From IMG/VR virus record IMGVR_UViG_3300037631_001372, positions 1-25,525 of that record: DNA of 25,525 nt; one strand, written 5' to 3'. Below, piece after piece: positions 1 to 8,330 of the stretch. The position numbers and the translations under genes were made by a program. A model generated the notes under the pieces. That model was not told where the DNA came from, did not search any database, and saw nothing but the letters and a program-made list of their open reading frames with translations. Every line of letters begins with the position of its first letter. The stretch's first letter is position 1. The stretch comes from a virus. Taxonomy: Duplodnaviria > Caudoviricetes.

Positions 1-370
1 TTACTCTGGCATTATCTCCTAATCCTGTTGGTGCTTCCATAGTAAATAAACCACTATCACTTAAATATACAGGGTCTCCTATACCACTAAGTGTTTGACC
101 AATAGTAACAACCCCCCTCAAGAGCATACCATCTTGAGTGGAGCTTGTTCCTAGTGCCACAGCTAGTAGACCATCGTGTCTACCAGCTACATCTTGGTCG
201 GCAGAAACCCATATAGGACTATTTCCACTTACAATTAAAGGTGTATAAATACGACCAGCAGTTGTAGTTGTTGTTGTTCCTAAAAATGTAACATCGCCAT
301 CGTGAGTACCTGCTGAACCTCCTGGTACTGCAAATACTTTAGCGTTACTTTTTTCATAAGGTCTTGCCAT
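1..370 (-). CDS. Virion structural/decoration protein, 3'-truncated (not in ORF track)
   Basis: ATG at 370 after an A/T-rich leader; open to the window edge: MARPYEKSNAKVFAVPGGSAGTHDGDVTFLG...GLLAVALGTSSTQDGMLLRGVVTIGQTLSGIGDPVYLSDSG. The 'GDPVYLS' beta-rich pattern resembles DUF2190/capsid-cement-like domains. Confidence 0.7.
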   Translation of the reverse strand, partial: MARPYEKSNAKVFAVPGGSAGTHDGDVTFLGTTTTTTAGRIYTPLIVSGNSPIWVSADQDVAGRHDGLLAVALGTSSTQDGMLLRGVVTIGQTLSGIGDPVYLSDSGLFTMEAPTGLGDNARV

Positions 371-390
371 AATAGTTTATTAATTTATTA

Positions 391-2103
391 TTATCCTACT
401 TTAGATACTAAAACTGAAATATCATCAGTTGCTGGAGCATCGTTAAAGCCAATAGTAATTTGGTTATTTGAATTTCTTACAACTTCTGCATAAACAGTCT
501 CATAGGTACTTGCATCATACATTTGTACAATAACATTTCTTGTTCCTAAGTTATGAGTTACAGCAATACTTGTTGATGAGCCATCACCAATTTTTGCTTG
601 ATATGTTCTTGCAGCTAGGTGTGCAGGAGTTACATATCTAGTTGTATCAGTACCAGCAGCAGCTTCTGTGTTAGTTGCTCTCTCTACAATACCAGCAGTA
701 GTTGTACTTGCAGCAACCTCATCACCTGTGTTAGTTCCACTTTGACCACTTAAATAAGCCTGGTCAATAGCAGTACCATTCCATACACCTGTTCCGATAG
801 TACCTACAGTTACTATAGAGCTACTACCTGCAACAGGAGATTTACCTGCTAAAGCAGAAGTAATTGTACCAGCATAGTTTGCATCATCATTGATGGCAGC
901 AGCAATCTCGTTTAGAGTATCTAATGCTCCTGGAGCTCCACCAATTAAATCACCAATCTCTGTTTGTACATATGCAGTAGTTGCAATTTGTGTAGTATTG
1001 GTGTTAGCAGCAGCAGTAGGTGCTGTTGGAGTACCTGTTAATGCAGGACTAGCTTTAGGTGCAGCAGCTTGTAATGTATCATACATCTCATCTGTCATTA
1101 CACCCCAATTAGTTGTGTTTGCAGCAGGAAGAGAAGCATTATTACCATCAGATGATGTTACTGTAAAACTAGTTGAATTTGTAATAACACCTAAATCGGT
1201 GTCTACGTTTGTCTCTTTAGCTGTGTTAGCTTGTATAGCACTTGCCTGACCAGCAGTAATTCCTGTCTTAGCATTGTTAGTTGCAATATTAGACTCCATA
1301 GTGTCTAAATCAACAGCTTGTGTTACAGATATATGACCTACTTTAGTAGCATCAGCACTTGGATAAGAGTTCTTTGCTGTGTTAGCAGCTACAGCCGAAG
1401 CATCTGTATAAGATATTTTAGAGTTGTTAGTAGCTATGTTAGACTCCATAGTATCTAAGTCTACAGCCTGACTAACAGAAATGTGTCCTAACTTAGTTTG
1501 CTCTCCACTAGTAATACCTGTTTTTGCAGTGTTAGCTTGAATTGCATCGAACATTTCATCAGTCATAACACCCCAGTTGTCTGTATCAGCAGCAGGTAAA
1601 CTTGCGTTTGTACCATCACTAGAATTTACTACTAATGATGTGCCACTTTGTGTAACAGATAGATTGGTGCTTACGTTGCTTACTTTAGCATTGTTTGCTG
1701 TAATATCACTTGCTTGTTGTGTTGTTATTCCAACTTTAGCAGTGTTGGCTGTAATAGCGTTAGCTTGTGCTGTAGTAATACCAGTCTTTGCTGTGTTAGC
1801 ACTAATTGCACTAATTGTAGAACTATCAAGGTTTACAGTAGCTGCACCAGATGAGCCACCTGAAACATCAATGTTGTTACCACCAATAACTTCAGTAATA
1901 TCACCAACTGCTGATGATAAAGTTACCCAACTACCTCCGTTATAAAACTTTAGTAAGTTTAGTGATGTGTTATAATATATTTGCCCTTCAACACCTGAAG
2001 GGTCTGCTGCTAAGTGCTGAATTTTAAAATTCTGCAACTCATGGTCGTTTAAATCTATGTTTCCATGTACATCTAAATCGACTAAAAATTTAATTTCTGC
2101 CAT
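391..2103 (-). CDS. Phage fibre protein (tail or neck fibre) with internal repeats
   Basis: 570 aa, Ala/Thr/Asn-rich. Contains well-known fibre motifs SPALTGTPTAPTAAANTNTTQIATTAYV, APGALDTLNEIAAAINDD and ASTTTAGIVERAT, plus ANTAK repeats and a C-terminal THNLG domain. Confidence 0.85.
   Translation of the reverse strand: MAEIKFLVDLDVHGNIDLNDHELQNFKIQHLAADPSGVEGQIYYNTSLNLLKFYNGGSWVTLSSAVGDITEVIGGNNIDVSGGSSGAATVNLDSSTISAISANTAKTGITTAQANAITANTAKVGITTQQASDITANNAKVSNVSTNLSVTQSGTSLVVNSSDGTNASLPAADTDNWGVMTDEMFDAIQANTAKTGITSGEQTKLGHISVSQAVDLDTMESNIATNNSKISYTDASAVAANTAKNSYPSADATKVGHISVTQAVDLDTMESNIATNNAKTGITAGQASAIQANTAKETNVDTDLGVITNSTSFTVTSSDGNNASLPAANTTNWGVMTDEMYDTLQAAAPKASPALTGTPTAPTAAANTNTTQIATTAYVQTEIGDLIGGAPGALDTLNEIAAAINDDANYAGTITSALAGKSPVAGSSSIVTVGTIGTGVWNGTAIDQAYLSGQSGTNTGDEVAASTTTAGIVERATNTEAAAGTDTTRYVTPAHLAARTYQAKIGDGSSTSIAVTHNLGTRNVIVQMYDASTYETVYAEVVRNSNNQITIGFNDAPATDDISVLVSKVG
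1078..1677 (-). repeat. Intragenic X-Y-Y-X module repeats in the fibre gene
   Basis: 44-aa module X (NVxTxL...SSDGxNASLPAAxTxNWGVMTDEMxD) at 1546-1677 and 1078-1209. 25-aa module Y (TKxGHISVxQAVDLDTMESNIATNN) at 1423-1497 and 1273-1347. Confidence 0.9.
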
Positions 2104-2122
2104 TTTTTTTATTTATTATTAA

Positions 2123-2890
2123 TTAATTAAAATACGCTTTCCCAGAGAAAGCTCCACTAAAGGTTAGTGTTACCTGATTCAGCGAATCGTAATCAACTTG
2201 ACCTTGAACTAATGTACCTGCCGAATCTACAACAGATACACTAGCATTTTTACCTAAATTATGTGTTACAACCCAAGTTGCACTAGCAACATTTTGATTA
2301 TGCACATAGTTTTTATCGTTTACACCTGTGTTATTTAATATCGTAGAAAATGGAGTGAATCTTATGTTACCATTTGCATCGGTATGTAGCACTTCATTTG
2401 TAATTTCTACATCTGCGATACTAACACCAAATCCTGTTCCATTTTCTAGGGCAGGGGAGGCTGTAGTCAATCCTGTTACAGTTACTACCCCACTACTGTC
2501 TTTTGATGACACAAAGTCTGCGTGTGCGTCTAAAGCACCATGTAAAGCAGTTCCTACCTCTATAGCTGTAGAGTTTATACCTGTATTGGTAACGTCTACT
2601 GCTATAACACCTCCATAACCAGCAGGAGTAGAAATAACATTTGTGTTTATGATTTGAAAATATACAGCATACTTAGTTTCATCATAACTATTATATATAC
2701 ATAAATATTGATGGTGTAAATTACCAGCAACATCTGCAATGGGAGTTATGGTTAGTGTGCTTGTATAGTTTGCTTTTACCCACTCAACTATACTTTGTCC
2801 ATTCTTAGTGGACACAGTTCGTTTTCTTGCAGGAGCAAATCCTTTTGGATTATGTATCTGGGAATCAGTTAAATTATTATGGTGCTTCAT
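2123..2890 (-). CDS. Virion structural protein (fibre adaptor-like)
   Basis: 255 aa, beta-rich. Its C-terminal YVHNQ..ASATWVVTHNLG...NQVTLTF domain resembles the C-terminus of the downstream fibre. Lies in the structural operon. Confidence 0.65.
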   Translation of the reverse strand: MKHHNNLTDSQIHNPKGFAPARKRTVSTKNGQSIVEWVKANYTSTLTITPIADVAGNLHHQYLCIYNSYDETKYAVYFQIINTNVISTPAGYGGVIAVDVTNTGINSTAIEVGTALHGALDAHADFVSSKDSSGVVTVTGLTTASPALENGTGFGVSIADVEITNEVLHTDANGNIRFTPFSTILNNTGVNDKNYVHNQNVASATWVVTHNLGKNASVSVVDSAGTLVQGQVDYDSLNQVTLTFSGAFSGKAYFN

Positions 2891-2894
2891 TTAT

Positions 2895-3374
2895 CTAGTA
2901 TGTTATAATCCCATGTCTTTTACTTACATTTCCACCTTTTGTTTTGTTATCGCAGCCATCACATCCTTTCCATTCAGGATATAAAGTTGTATTATCATCT
3001 AAGTATTTCTCCATTTTTTTCTTGTACGTTTCAGCCTTTTTAAAGGTTTCTTGTCTCAAGTAATTTAACTTAGATGGGTCTACAGGACTTGTAAAGTCTG
3101 CTAAATTATCAACAACACCTTGTGATGTTGTATTATAAGTTATGTCTGGCAATATCTCAAATTTTACGCAAAATGCCAAATAATTTTTTATATAATCGTT
3201 TACTAATGTAACATAGCCACCAGCGACACAAGCATCATATAAATCTTCACCCAAAAAAGGCTTAACGTGATTTAACTCTGCTATCTCTATAAATGTGTCT
3301 TTAATCAAATGTGTATCAAAGTTTGCGTTTGTTATACACCTAGATATTACTTCTGATTTAGTTATTAGTGGCAT
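2895..3374 (-). CDS. Putative head-tail adaptor/connector (DUF6712-like)
   Basis: 159 aa, helical, directly downstream of the portal. Pattern LITKSEV...AELNHVKPFLGEDLYD...YIKNYLAF...TSQGV...YPEW. Confidence 0.6.
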   Translation of the reverse strand: MPLITKSEVISRCITNANFDTHLIKDTFIEIAELNHVKPFLGEDLYDACVAGGYVTLVNDYIKNYLAFCVKFEILPDITYNTTSQGVVDNLADFTSPVDPSKLNYLRQETFKKAETYKKKMEKYLDDNTTLYPEWKGCDGCDNKTKGGNVSKRHGIITY

Positions 3375-4680
3375 CTTCTTCGTTTATATCGTTATTATTT
3401 TCTTTTGCTTCATTTTGCTTTGACTTTGCCTTTTCCTCTAGCAACTCTTCCATTTGTATTTTACTAAGCTCTGGCAAATGAAATATTTCTCTACCTTCTT
3501 TTATAGATATAAATTCAGAAGGTGATATTGCTCCAAGTAATGACACTGGTGGTTTAGTATAAAATGTTAGGTCAGAGGCATTTATACCTCTTTCGGTTTT
3601 TAAAATCTTTTTTAATATCTTCAAGAACATCTGTTGAGGTTCTTTTATAACTGTACTCATTGCTATATCATAAGCAGTAAGTATCTGTTGGTTATTGCCA
3701 AGCTGTCCAGCAACTTGTATTCCTGACAATGCAGGATTCCACCTGTGTGCCGAAATTATATTATCATTGGTTATTCTCTGCAACTCCATAAACGAACCAT
3801 CACTAGTGTCATTTATTATATTTACATTAGTTGCATCACCATCACCATTTTTAGCTATAAATAATATCTTAGAATTATCACCAGCACCTGTTAGCTTTGC
3901 TACAGCGTCATCAATAAAGTCTTGTGCTTCATCTTCTCCCATGTCAGCATTTAGCTCAACAATAGCACTAGGCATAAAACCATTTTTAAATCTAGTAAGG
4001 TTGTAAACACCTATTTGATTTGCTATTTTTATATGGTCTAAAGCAGCACAATAGTCTGGCATCCCATAATAATAATATGTGCTTTCGTAATCAGAAAAAT
4101 GTATTATAGTTCTAAATATAGCACCACCATTTTCTTCTTTGTATTCTGGGTATTTTGGTATTTTTCGTAAATCATCTGGATATTGTCTTGCGTGTTCCCA
4201 ATCAGGGTGCAACAATATATGCTTACCATCTTTATGAACCCTTGCAGTTGTTCCATCTTGATGAAAAAAGTTTAAATAACCTCTTCCAATAACAACCTCC
4301 ATATAACCATTACCTAGTTTCCAATAATCAGCAAAAACTTTTTTAGCAACATCATCCATAGATTCACCATAGATGTTTACATCTTCTAGTATGCCTTGTA
4401 AATTTTTATTACTAGTCCTAAGACCTTCTCCTACAGAAAATGTAGTTTTTGTGCTAAGTATAGCTCTATGCGTAGAAGCAGAACGTGAAAGTTCTGACAA
4501 TTCTTGTGGAAATAAATTGTTAATGCCAAAAGGAATCCAATCATCCTGTAATTGTTTATACGGATGTGGTTCTTTTGGTGGTTCTTTAGATAAGTCTTTA
4601 GAAAAAGAATATCCTAATATCTTAGGACTCTTTTTTGTTTGACTTATACTTTCTATACTTTTCTTTCTTTTTCGGCTCAT
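3358..4680 (-). CDS. Phage portal protein
   Basis: 440 aa with portal-type motifs WIPFG.NNLFPQ, S.TH.AIL..K, D...LGNGYMEV, YYG.PDY..A, F.NGFMPS and I.SAHR..P.L.G. Confidence 0.85.
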   Translation of the reverse strand: MSRKRKKSIESISQTKKSPKILGYSFSKDLSKEPPKEPHPYKQLQDDWIPFGINNLFPQELSELSRSASTHRAILSTKTTFSVGEGLRTSNKNLQGILEDVNIYGESMDDVAKKVFADYWKLGNGYMEVVIGRGYLNFFHQDGTTARVHKDGKHILLHPDWEHARQYPDDLRKIPKYPEYKEENGGAIFRTIIHFSDYESTYYYYGMPDYCAALDHIKIANQIGVYNLTRFKNGFMPSAIVELNADMGEDEAQDFIDDAVAKLTGAGDNSKILFIAKNGDGDATNVNIINDTSDGSFMELQRITNDNIISAHRWNPALSGIQVAGQLGNNQQILTAYDIAMSTVIKEPQQMFLKILKKILKTERGINASDLTFYTKPPVSLLGAISPSEFISIKEGREIFHLPELSKIQMEELLEEKAKSKQNEAKENNNDINEEDATNN

Positions 4681-4897
4681 TTATAATAACTTTTTCTGGT
4701 TGTATGATTTCATCTTCTATGACAACTTGTTCTTCATTTTCCAAAGTAACATAAGGTTTGCCTTGATTATATAAATGAGATAACACCTTGTTGCTTAGTT
4801 TAGAATCAAAAGACACTTCAAAAGCGTGTCCTACAACTACAACAGGGTCATTATCATTAGAAACAAAATAATCTTTATTGAACTTAAATTTCATCAT
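4622..4897 (-). CDS. Hypothetical protein
   Basis: 91-aa ORF between the tube and portal genes, with a basic C-terminus. Overlaps the portal start by 59 nt. Confidence 0.6.
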   Translation of the reverse strand: MMKFKFNKDYFVSNDNDPVVVVGHAFEVSFDSKLSNKVLSHLYNQGKPYVTLENEEQVVIEDEIIQPEKVIINEPKKKEKYRKYKSNKKES

Positions 4898-4920
4898 GAT
4901 ATAATATTTTTATGTAAATA

Positions 4921-4956
4921 TATAAGAATTAGGGGGATTTCCCCCCTAATCTTATA
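4921..4956 (-). terminator. Stem-loop downstream of the putative tail tube gene
   Basis: Minus strand TATAAG-ATTAGGGGG-GAAAT-CCCCCTAAT-T-CTTATA: 15-bp stem with one bulge, followed by an A/U-rich tail. Confidence 0.7.
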
Positions 4957-4971
4957 AAAAGTTATTGTAAA

Positions 4972-5619
4972 CTAGTTTGAGCTCCAAGCAAGTGTTACGC
5001 CTGTTACAGCTTGATATAAGTCAATCTGTCCTGCGTTGTTTGGGTTTACGTTTGCAGCAGATACTACTACTAACGCTTCTCTTGGGTATTCAGCATGAAC
5101 ACCAGCTAATTTTACTTGAGTACCATTTGCATCCTGTAATGCAACACCAGTAGTTTGCTCTCCTGAAGAGAACTCTAAAAATGCTTTCTTTTCGAAAACC
5201 TTGTCATATCCTAAGATAAAGAAGTATGTTTCTGGTGCAACAGCATCACAATCATCAGCGAATGTTTCAACTAGTGCATATAGACCACAAGATTCAGTAA
5301 GCTCTCTTAATCTACCATTAATTTCTTCAGTTACTTTTGGAATGTAGAAGTCTAATTCTACTGACACAAGAGTAGAACCATTCTCTCTTGTAGCATTTGC
5401 AGTGAAACCAGCAGTTTCTCTGTCAAATTCAAATTCATACCAAGTTGTAGATACAAAAGAATTAAATTCGCCACCAGCAGCATCAGCACCAGGTCCTGAA
5501 CCAGCAGCAGCATAAGCTACAGCACCTAATCCACCCTGCTCCATAAGCCAAATTCTTTTTAATCCACCTCTTCGGTTTCTATCGCAACATACTATTGCGT
5601 GTCCTTGAGTTATTGCCAT
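4972..5619 (-). CDS. Putative major tail (tube) protein
   Basis: 215 aa directly after the capsid gene. The N-terminal 'ITQG...C....GGLKRIWL' and 'YEFEF...TA.F......ENGS' pattern is typical of the post-capsid structural protein of Bacteroidota phages. The tube role is an inference. Confidence 0.55.
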   Translation of the reverse strand: MAITQGHAIVCCDRNRRGGLKRIWLMEQGGLGAVAYAAAGSGPGADAAGGEFNSFVSTTWYEFEFDRETAGFTANATRENGSTLVSVELDFYIPKVTEEINGRLRELTESCGLYALVETFADDCDAVAPETYFFILGYDKVFEKKAFLEFSSGEQTTGVALQDANGTQVKLAGVHAEYPREALVVVSAANVNPNNAGQIDLYQAVTGVTLAWSSN

Positions 5620-5650
5620 TTTTTTATATTTATTATATTGTTAAACAAAG

Positions 5651-5683
5651 TAGTCAGGAGGGATTTTACTCCCCCCCTCGTAC
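5651..5683 (-). terminator. Stem-loop between the capsid and tube genes (attenuator/terminator)
   Basis: Minus strand AGGGGGGGA-GTAAAA-TCCCTCCT (G-U pairs allowed), followed by GACTACTTTGTTT. Confidence 0.55.
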
Positions 5684-5693
5684 ATTTTTATTA

Positions 5694-6701
5694 TTAGTCT
5701 TCAGTAGAAGTAACAACCATTCCTGGCTCTTTAACAGCTACACCGAAAGAGTAAAGCATACGGAATCTGTTTTCTTTACAATCTCTGTTGTACCACATAT
5801 CTACATCTTGTGCAGCAAAGTCAGTACCTACAGTAATATTGTTTTCCATTGTCCAGATAGCACACTTAGTTTCAGCAGCTCCATTTGGAGCAAGACCATT
5901 TGCCATAGCAGCTAAAGCTACAGAGTGGTTAGCAATATCAACATCCCACGAGTTGATAACAACTAAAGGAACACCATTGAAACGTAGACTTCCAACACCA
6001 TTTTGTAAGTCAGCGTAAGCAGCAGTGTGAGAACCATTAGAAGCTCTTAATTCAGCAGCATAAGAATCAGCAAAAGCACGAGAACAGTAAATAACTTGTC
6101 CTTCAGCAGTAGCTAGTTCAGTTGAACGAGCAGCTAACATTGCTTCTAATTGTGCGATTGTTGCAGTAGCACCTTGAGTTAGTGTTTGTGAAACTGGTAA
6201 AGCACCACCTACAGCACCATCAAGAGCTTTCCATACACCATTTGCAAGTGCTTGTGTACCAGCACCATTTGCAGTATCTCCAAACCATAGGATTGTAGAC
6301 ATATCTCTCATGATACCTTGTAATACTAATTCAGAAACGATTTCCATAAAGATAGTTCCTGATAAGTCGTAACGACTAATACCTCGTCTCAATAATTGAG
6401 ATTTAATGTGAGATAATAAAGAAGTAGACTGTTGTGCGTGTTCAACTTCTAAGCGAGATAGAGTTAGCTCTATAATGCTGTTTGTTGATTGGTCTGCATC
6501 AGCAGAGAAACACGCTGTGTTCATTGATTTAGTTAAATCTTTTAATGCTGAATATCTGTCTAACTTAATAGAAGCACCAGAAATATCAGAAATAACCTCC
6601 ATCCCTTTAAGATGGTCGTTTTCGTAAAAGAGTGGAGATAGGAAATACTTTCTAGCATCCTCTTGACTCCAGCTTAAACTTGTATTAATTACGTTTGCCA
6701 T
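5694..6701 (-). CDS. Major capsid protein (HK97-fold, inferred)
   Basis: 335 aa immediately downstream of the protease/scaffold. Motifs LWFGDT..NG.WK, L.FNGVPLV and NI.VGTD...DMWY.RD..ENRFR..Y.FGV. Followed by a stem-loop. Confidence 0.8.
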   Translation of the reverse strand: MANVINTSLSWSQEDARKYFLSPLFYENDHLKGMEVISDISGASIKLDRYSALKDLTKSMNTACFSADADQSTNSIIELTLSRLEVEHAQQSTSLLSHIKSQLLRRGISRYDLSGTIFMEIVSELVLQGIMRDMSTILWFGDTANGAGTQALANGVWKALDGAVGGALPVSQTLTQGATATIAQLEAMLAARSTELATAEGQVIYCSRAFADSYAAELRASNGSHTAAYADLQNGVGSLRFNGVPLVVINSWDVDIANHSVALAAMANGLAPNGAAETKCAIWTMENNITVGTDFAAQDVDMWYNRDCKENRFRMLYSFGVAVKEPGMVVTSTED

Positions 6702-6714
6702 TTTTTTCTAATTT

Positions 6715-8211
6715 TTAATTTTTAAAATAAACTTTTTTGTCATCGCTGATGCTTTTAGCTAGTACATCCCACGCATTTTCAGATTTAGCATCTGGAGTTG
6801 GGTTAGGGTCTTTACTAGGTACTACATCACTTGGAGTTCCCTCCATTTTTGCTACTTTATAAGAAGAAATCTCATCCTCTAAAGTTGCAATGTAACCATC
6901 CTTTTCAACGATTTTGCCATTTAATTCAACGATAGCTTTAGCAGATTCCTCAATAGACTCTTCTAAAGTTTTCATTTTTTCAACAACAACATCATTATCA
7001 AGAATTTTTACTTCCTTCATATCGCCTTCTTTGTTAAAAAGGTCAGCGATAAAAGATTTTAAGTTATCAAACTCTTTTTCCATTTTACTTTCTTTTTTAA
7101 TGTTATTAAATAAATTATTTACAAGAGCTTTATTCTTGTAATCATACTTGTTTATATCAAACCTTGCAGCTAGTTTTATAGGTTCTTCGATTACATCTAC
7201 AAAACCATACTTTACTGCTTCAGAACTATCAAACCAAGTTTCTTCATTCATCCAAGAACGGATTTGCTCTTCGCTATTCCCACTCTTAGACATATATATA
7301 CTAACTAACCTATCGCCCATTTTATCCATGAGGTCGGCTGCTTTCCTTAAATCACCTGCGTCTCCAACTTCTCCTCCCCATACATTATGTATCATATAAA
7401 GTGAGTTCTCACTCATTATAACTTCATCACCAGCAAGTGCAATAACACTTCCCATTGACGCAGCGATACCTTCTATACGAGTAGTTACCTTTTGTGGCAT
7501 CCTGCTAATAGCATCATAAATCGCTAAACCATCTACTACTGAACCACCAGGTGAGTTTATTCTTAAAAGAACAGATGTACCATTTGGGATATTCTTCATT
7601 TCATCTATAAAAGATTTGGCATCAACCCCATATTTGCCAATCTCATCATATATCATTACCTCTGTTACATTATCAGAAGCTATATTTTTTATATCGTACC
7701 AATTCATTTTTGCTAAGTTTTTAATTTTTGCACTTTCCTCTTCATGTTCATGCTCAAATGTGAATAAAATAATCATTTCACTACCATCTTCATCTTTAGT
7801 GGTTATATATAATTCACCTTTATCGTGCAAAGTTTTCATTTCAGATTCGCTAAAATCATATTTAAAGTCAAACTCTTCTCCTTTGTACTTATATTTTCTT
7901 TTTTTAGCCATGCCGTCAATCTCTTTCAATTTATTTATTGCCCAATTAACTCCACTTTTTCCTCCCCAACAATCGTACATAAGACCTCCACAACCTTCAG
8001 AGTACGGAACATCTGCGTGTTGTTCGTGTCTTTTAAAACTAGCCATACGAGCAATAGTTGAACGAGAAAGTTTTTCTCTTCGTGCTAATTGCCCTGCACG
8101 AGTCCAGCCTACGCTTGTGCCACAAGAACTACCATTTTCTTCTTTGTACTTAATTGCTCTCTTGGCATTGTTAGTAGCAGATTGTGGGTAGTCATTGTAG
8201 GTTTTAGCCAT
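6715..8211 (-). CDS. ClpP-type prohead maturation protease with N-terminal extra domains and C-terminal scaffold-like region
   Basis: ClpP motifs IYDEIG, RINSPGGSV.DG.AIYD, GIAASMGSVI (catalytic Ser), MIHN (His) and ETW....AV.YGF.D. ATG at 8211 is preferred over TTG at 8229, which falls inside the promoter-like motif. Confidence 0.88.
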   Translation of the reverse strand: MAKTYNDYPQSATNNAKRAIKYKEENGSSCGTSVGWTRAGQLARREKLSRSTIARMASFKRHEQHADVPYSEGCGGLMYDCWGGKSGVNWAINKLKEIDGMAKKRKYKYKGEEFDFKYDFSESEMKTLHDKGELYITTKDEDGSEMIILFTFEHEHEEESAKIKNLAKMNWYDIKNIASDNVTEVMIYDEIGKYGVDAKSFIDEMKNIPNGTSVLLRINSPGGSVVDGLAIYDAISRMPQKVTTRIEGIAASMGSVIALAGDEVIMSENSLYMIHNVWGGEVGDAGDLRKAADLMDKMGDRLVSIYMSKSGNSEEQIRSWMNEETWFDSSEAVKYGFVDVIEEPIKLAARFDINKYDYKNKALVNNLFNNIKKESKMEKEFDNLKSFIADLFNKEGDMKEVKILDNDVVVEKMKTLEESIEESAKAIVELNGKIVEKDGYIATLEDEISSYKVAKMEGTPSDVVPSKDPNPTPDAKSENAWDVLAKSISDDKKVYFKN

Positions 8212-8224
8212 TTTTAAACTTTGA

Positions 8225-8235
8225 TACAATATAAG
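8225..8235 (-). promoter_or_regulatory. Putative promoter -7 element for the structural operon
   Basis: TTATATTGTAT on the minus strand, 13 nt upstream of ATG 8211. Differs by one base from the TTACATTGTAT core of the two plus-strand promoters. Confidence 0.5.
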
Positions 8236-8273
8236 TGAATATATATGAGACAGTATGGAAATTAGTGGAATAA

Positions 8274-8310
8274 AATTTGTTTATGTCATTTTTCTTTAGT
8301 TACATTGTAT
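8274..8310 (+). promoter_or_regulatory. Putative early promoter, AATTTGTTT-N16-GTTACATTGTAT (copy 1)
   Basis: Both boxes and the spacing are identical at 13343-13379. Resembles the Bacteroidota sigma70 TTTG(-33)/TAnnTTTG(-7) architecture. Lies at the head of the plus-strand block. Confidence 0.7.
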
Positions 8311-8330
8311 TTCAATCAACAATAAAAACT

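Noticed and set aside
1078-1677. DGR template/variable repeat pair
   Set aside because: Differences are mostly synonymous third-position changes, not adenine-specific. Both copies are in one ORF and no reverse transcriptase is present.
890-2618. Plus-strand ORFs 890-1249, 1577-1945 and 2328-2618
   Set aside because: Antisense shadows of Ala/Thr-rich structural genes, with no independent motifs or start context.
5633-5642. TTATATTGTT on the plus strand as an antisense promoter
   Set aside because: Lies in an AT-rich leader, lacks the upstream box and has no credible downstream gene.
3695-8191. Plus-strand ORFs opposite the portal, capsid and protease, including the 191-aa 7616-8191
   Set aside because: Ser/Phe/Ile-rich translations typical of the reverse frame; fully overlap well-supported genes.
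8277-8330. Upstream starts of ORF 8277-8690 (likewise TTG 8229 and TTG 13374)
   Set aside because: They fall inside promoter-like motifs; downstream ATGs have better contexts.
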